DNA of 63,806 nucleotides, the filler included, from a bacterium (lineage in GTDB: Bacteria > CLD3 > SB21): the NCBI GenBank assembly GCA_013360215.1. It is 3 parts of 3 records of this genome, joined end to end, with 100 filler letters (N's around TTAATTAATTAA, not from the genome) between each part and the next. Parts side by side here need not be neighbours in the genome. Positions count along the whole stretch, not along the records: positions 54,993 to 63,806 come from JABWCP010000050.1; 2 more parts are not named here. One strand, written 5' to 3'. Of this stretch, positions 60,878-63,806 are shown piece after piece; position 1 is the first letter of the stretch; every line of letters begins with the position of its first letter. Under the pieces are notes generated by a model. That model searched no databases. It was not told the origin of the DNA and was given only the letters and a program-made list of their open reading frames with translations. The position numbers and the translations under genes were made by a program.

Positions 60878-63214
60878 TTACCAAAATTTCCAACCTGCCG
60901 TAAATACGAGACCAAACTGCAACGCCACCGAATACGCCCATTTGTCTCGCCCGTATCCTTTATAAGCAAAAAAATTCACGCCGGGATTAAAATAAAAATT
61001 CTTAAACCGCTCTATGGCGATAAGAGATGACCAGTTGAACCGCAAAGAACGCGTATTGGATGACGCGCTGTCGGCTTCGGCCACACTTTTTTTCTTTTTG
61101 GCTTTGGTAAAAAAATAGATGAATTCAAATTCAGAAAAATTACCATAGTTCCCGCGTGTATTGGAAAATAGCGAATGCACACCGACACCAAAATTGCCGA
61201 TTCGTCGTTCATTACCCTCGATCCGGGTTAGATGGACGAGCCCGACGCGGTTTTCGGAAAAATTCCAAAAATCCGAAAACGCCGCCCCGGTATGAATGTA
61301 TAAATCTTTCTTTCGCGGGCCCTGATCGGCCGTAAATTCGGATTGAAATTTAGACGCCGCATAAGGATATACGGCTACCGAACTTACGATAGGCTGTTCG
61401 ATGAGCGGCAAAGCCACGAGACTTTCGACGGACCAGTTATCATCCGATTCGCGGTAAGGATCATTACCCAACTTGATGCGGCCGTACTCCGATTTAATAT
61501 AGTTTTCTATAATGAGGTCGCGCGTCCAGCGGGTCAGTTTCATATCAAGCGAGGAGGAAACCGCTACTTTTTCTTCGCCTTGCAATTCGTTGATGGAGTA
61601 GTCTTTATACAGAGCATCATTCTTTTTTGTTTTATTCTCCGCTTGGAAACCGATCTTGCGCATCGTCATAAACCACACCGGATGATCAAATCTTCGTGGT
61701 ATATTCCGGTCTTTGTTTTCGATCAGGTATTCGATAAATGTCTTTCGTATCGGCAGCAGCTTTCCTTCGGCCTGTTGACGCCATCCGTCTTTGGTGAGCG
61801 CAAAATGTTCCTGTTTACGCGTGCCGCGTAAAAATTCGTTATACCCGTCGCCGCCGTTGGCCAAAAAATTGGAAGTGACCACCGTGTAAAATTGATCAGC
61901 TAACACCGCACGCCCGTGCACATTGAAGCCATCCGTTTTGCCCGTCGAATTAACCGCCTTGAGATGTACAAAACGATCGTTGTATTTGGTGCGGCTCTCA
62001 TCGCTGCGTTTTATGATTTTGAGAATATCCTCGCCTTTGATGCGGAGTGTGACAATATCGTTTTCGATCCAAAATATGCGCTCAAAATCCCGTACCGTCA
62101 GGGTGTCCGTTTGTACGGCATTGGCGATATAATTATCAAAATCAAAAAAGCGGTCATTGATCACGGCGATCTCCGCATTCGCTTTAAAAAGCATCATCGC
62201 CATCATATAATCGCGCAGATCTTTATTGCCCATCCAATTCTTTTTTAAAATAGAAGACGACGGGCCCAATCCATACGCGGTTTCACAGTGTTCGGCATAG
62301 GCCAGTTCCACTTCTTCTTCAAACGCCGCCTGCATCGCCGGATCCACGTAAATCGTTTCGGAGGCCAGTTCGATCACTTCGACGCTCTGCACATCATGTA
62401 TTTTGCGATCTTGCACTTCCATCGTAATGTGCGGTATGTTGCGGCCAAATTTATCCACCGAAAACACAAACGTCTCAAAACGATCACTAACGCGTACCGA
62501 ACTAAAACGATCCGGTGCGATATAGCTGGATTTACCGATAATCACGTTGATTTCTGGAAATTCGCGTGCAAAATCATTGTTCTCTTCTTCCGAAAGATGC
62601 GTCAAAAGAACAATGGCATCCGATTGTTCGCGCACTTCGTCTATATACACACGGATCGCCGCACTGGGATCGGCAATGATAATGCCGGCCATTTTTTCCT
62701 CAAGTACACTTTGTGTTATTGCCGGATCCGTCACGCCGATAATACCAACGCGCAGCCCGGCTTTTTCGACGATCTTATACGGCTGCAAATACGGCAGTGA
62801 GTCCGCGCCTAAAACATTGGCGCCGAGAATGGACGGATACGAAGGGTCATCCACATACGCTTTGAGCACATCTTTTCCAAAATCAAATTCGTGATTACCC
62901 ACCACCATCGCGTCATAGCCGATATCCCGCATTTTATCCAAAACAATGCGACCGTGCGAAGCCGTCGTCAAATAATAATACCCCAGCGCATCGCCGGTAT
63001 CGAAAAGGAGCATATTCTGACGACCATAAGCCGATTGGAGCTGGTTTATCGCAGCCTGACGTTCCAGTATCCCGCCCGATTTGCCAAATTCGACATTCTC
63101 TTCAAAAAGATAACCTTTGGTATCACCGGTAGCGACAATGTGCAGACTCTGCGTGATGGCGGGATGATGCGCGCCATAGAGTAAAAGGCATATACAAAAA
63201 AATATAGTCTTCAT
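60878..63214 (-). CDS. 5'-nucleotidase-like metallophosphoesterase with C-terminal putative beta-barrel domain
   Basis: Signal peptide, DTGD, VGNHEFDFG, LTH and FLANGGDGY. C-terminal amphipathic strands end in WKFW. Confidence 0.82.
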   Translation of the reverse strand: MKTIFFCICLLLYGAHHPAITQSLHIVATGDTKGYLFEENVEFGKSGGILERQAAINQLQSAYGRQNMLLFDTGDALGYYYLTTASHGRIVLDKMRDIGYDAMVVGNHEFDFGKDVLKAYVDDPSYPSILGANVLGADSLPYLQPYKIVEKAGLRVGIIGVTDPAITQSVLEEKMAGIIIADPSAAIRVYIDEVREQSDAIVLLTHLSEEENNDFAREFPEINVIIGKSSYIAPDRFSSVRVSDRFETFVFSVDKFGRNIPHITMEVQDRKIHDVQSVEVIELASETIYVDPAMQAAFEEEVELAYAEHCETAYGLGPSSSILKKNWMGNKDLRDYMMAMMLFKANAEIAVINDRFFDFDNYIANAVQTDTLTVRDFERIFWIENDIVTLRIKGEDILKIIKRSDESRTKYNDRFVHLKAVNSTGKTDGFNVHGRAVLADQFYTVVTSNFLANGGDGYNEFLRGTRKQEHFALTKDGWRQQAEGKLLPIRKTFIEYLIENKDRNIPRRFDHPVWFMTMRKIGFQAENKTKKNDALYKDYSINELQGEEKVAVSSSLDMKLTRWTRDLIIENYIKSEYGRIKLGNDPYRESDDNWSVESLVALPLIEQPIVSSVAVYPYAASKFQSEFTADQGPRKKDLYIHTGAAFSDFWNFSENRVGLVHLTRIEGNERRIGNFGVGVHSLFSNTRGNYGNFSEFEFIYFFTKAKKKKSVAEADSASSNTRSLRFNWSSLIAIERFKNFYFNPGVNFFAYKGYGRDKWAYSVALQFGLVFTAGWKFW

Positions 63215-63247
63215 AAAAATGACCGAATCCGTTAAGTGGTAGCACCA

Positions 63248-63806
63248 TCAAGGCTTCAATATTACGGTATTTGATTTTTCAGGTATAAGATAAGACTGCG
63301 CAACCCGTCTGATATCCTCCGGCGATACGCGCATAAAATCATTTTCCAAGGCATCCAGTTGTCCGTTATGATACCGTCCGGAGATCGTCGTATAGCGACC
63401 AATCCATTGTGCGCGTCCCAATGTCGTTTCCAAGCTTTGTGCCCACTCGGAACGGATAATATTACGCATACGCTCCCATTCGCGCAATGTGATCAATTCT
63501 GTTTTTAGTTTGTTCAGCTCATCCCACAACGCTTGTTCCAGTTCTTCAATAGCTATCTCCGGGCGTGCTTGCGCCGTAACATGAAAAAGGCCGTCATCCT
63601 TTTTTTCATCCATACTGCATGATACGGAAGTAGCTTTTTGCGGATCATACACCAGATGACGATATAGTCTTGAACTTTTCCCCGTTGCGAGTACGCCACT
63701 CAAAAAACTCAGCGCCGCAAAATCCGGATGATCTACATGGACAGCTGAAAAAGCGATGTGGATGGCGGGCAATGCTACTTCTTTATTTACAACACGACGC
63801 CGCGCA
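63248..63806 (-). CDS. M16 (insulinase/pitrilysin) peptidase, C-terminal part, 5'-truncated at window edge
   Basis: L..VL..GKSSRLY..LV and V..EDI.RVA..YL. The frame is open to the window end. Confidence 0.88.
   Translation of the reverse strand, partial: ARRRVVNKEVALPAIHIAFSAVHVDHPDFAALSFLSGVLATGKSSRLYRHLVYDPQKATSVSCSMDEKKDDGLFHVTAQARPEIAIEELEQALWDELNKLKTELITLREWERMRNIIRSEWAQSLETTLGRAQWIGRYTTISGRYHNGQLDALENDFMRVSPEDIRRVAQSYLIPEKSNTVILKP

Noticed and set aside
1-63806. CRISPR arrays, IS elements, prophage or rRNA genes
   Set aside because: No regularly spaced repeats, transposase, integrase or phage ORFs, or rRNA-like sequence were seen by eye.

Overview
Bacterial genomic DNA, probably from a draft or metagenome assembly. 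It consists of three contigs joined by artificial N/TTAATTAATTAA/N spacers at 28332-28431 and 54893-54992. Contig 1 opens with an AT-rich island (~630-3300) that is the most interesting signal. The island holds a 75-aa NHLP-like precursor peptide ending ...DSAGGVGC*, an EpiD/LanD-type HFCD flavoprotein, an MfnF-like ASKHA-fold enzyme and a nucleoside 2-deoxyribosyltransferase-family protein, and it adjoins a Ser/Thr kinase. Together these suggest a RiPP system with an enzyme combination I do not recognise. The rest of contig 1 has a GAF sigma-54 activator with a nearby pseudo-receiver gene, tandem lipoprotein paralogues, housekeeping genes (aroF, nudF, rqcH, focA, pyc, moaA) and an AT-rich DoxX/SRPBCC/ArsR/VOC cassette. 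Contig 2 carries a ~20 kb phosphonate surface-glycan locus (pepM-NTP transferase, ppd, phosphonoacetaldehyde reductase, cytidylyltransferases, CDP-alcohol phosphotransferases, gmhA, two flippases, three GT4s, an AsnB-like protein) with two consensus sigma-54 promoters. It is followed by a frameshifted ptrB and a biotin carboxylase. Contig 3 has DsrE, SET-domain, M1/S33/M16 peptidase genes, tRNA-Leu(CAG) and a 5'-nucleotidase fused to a putative outer-membrane barrel. All assignments come from reading motifs by eye; no database searches were run.
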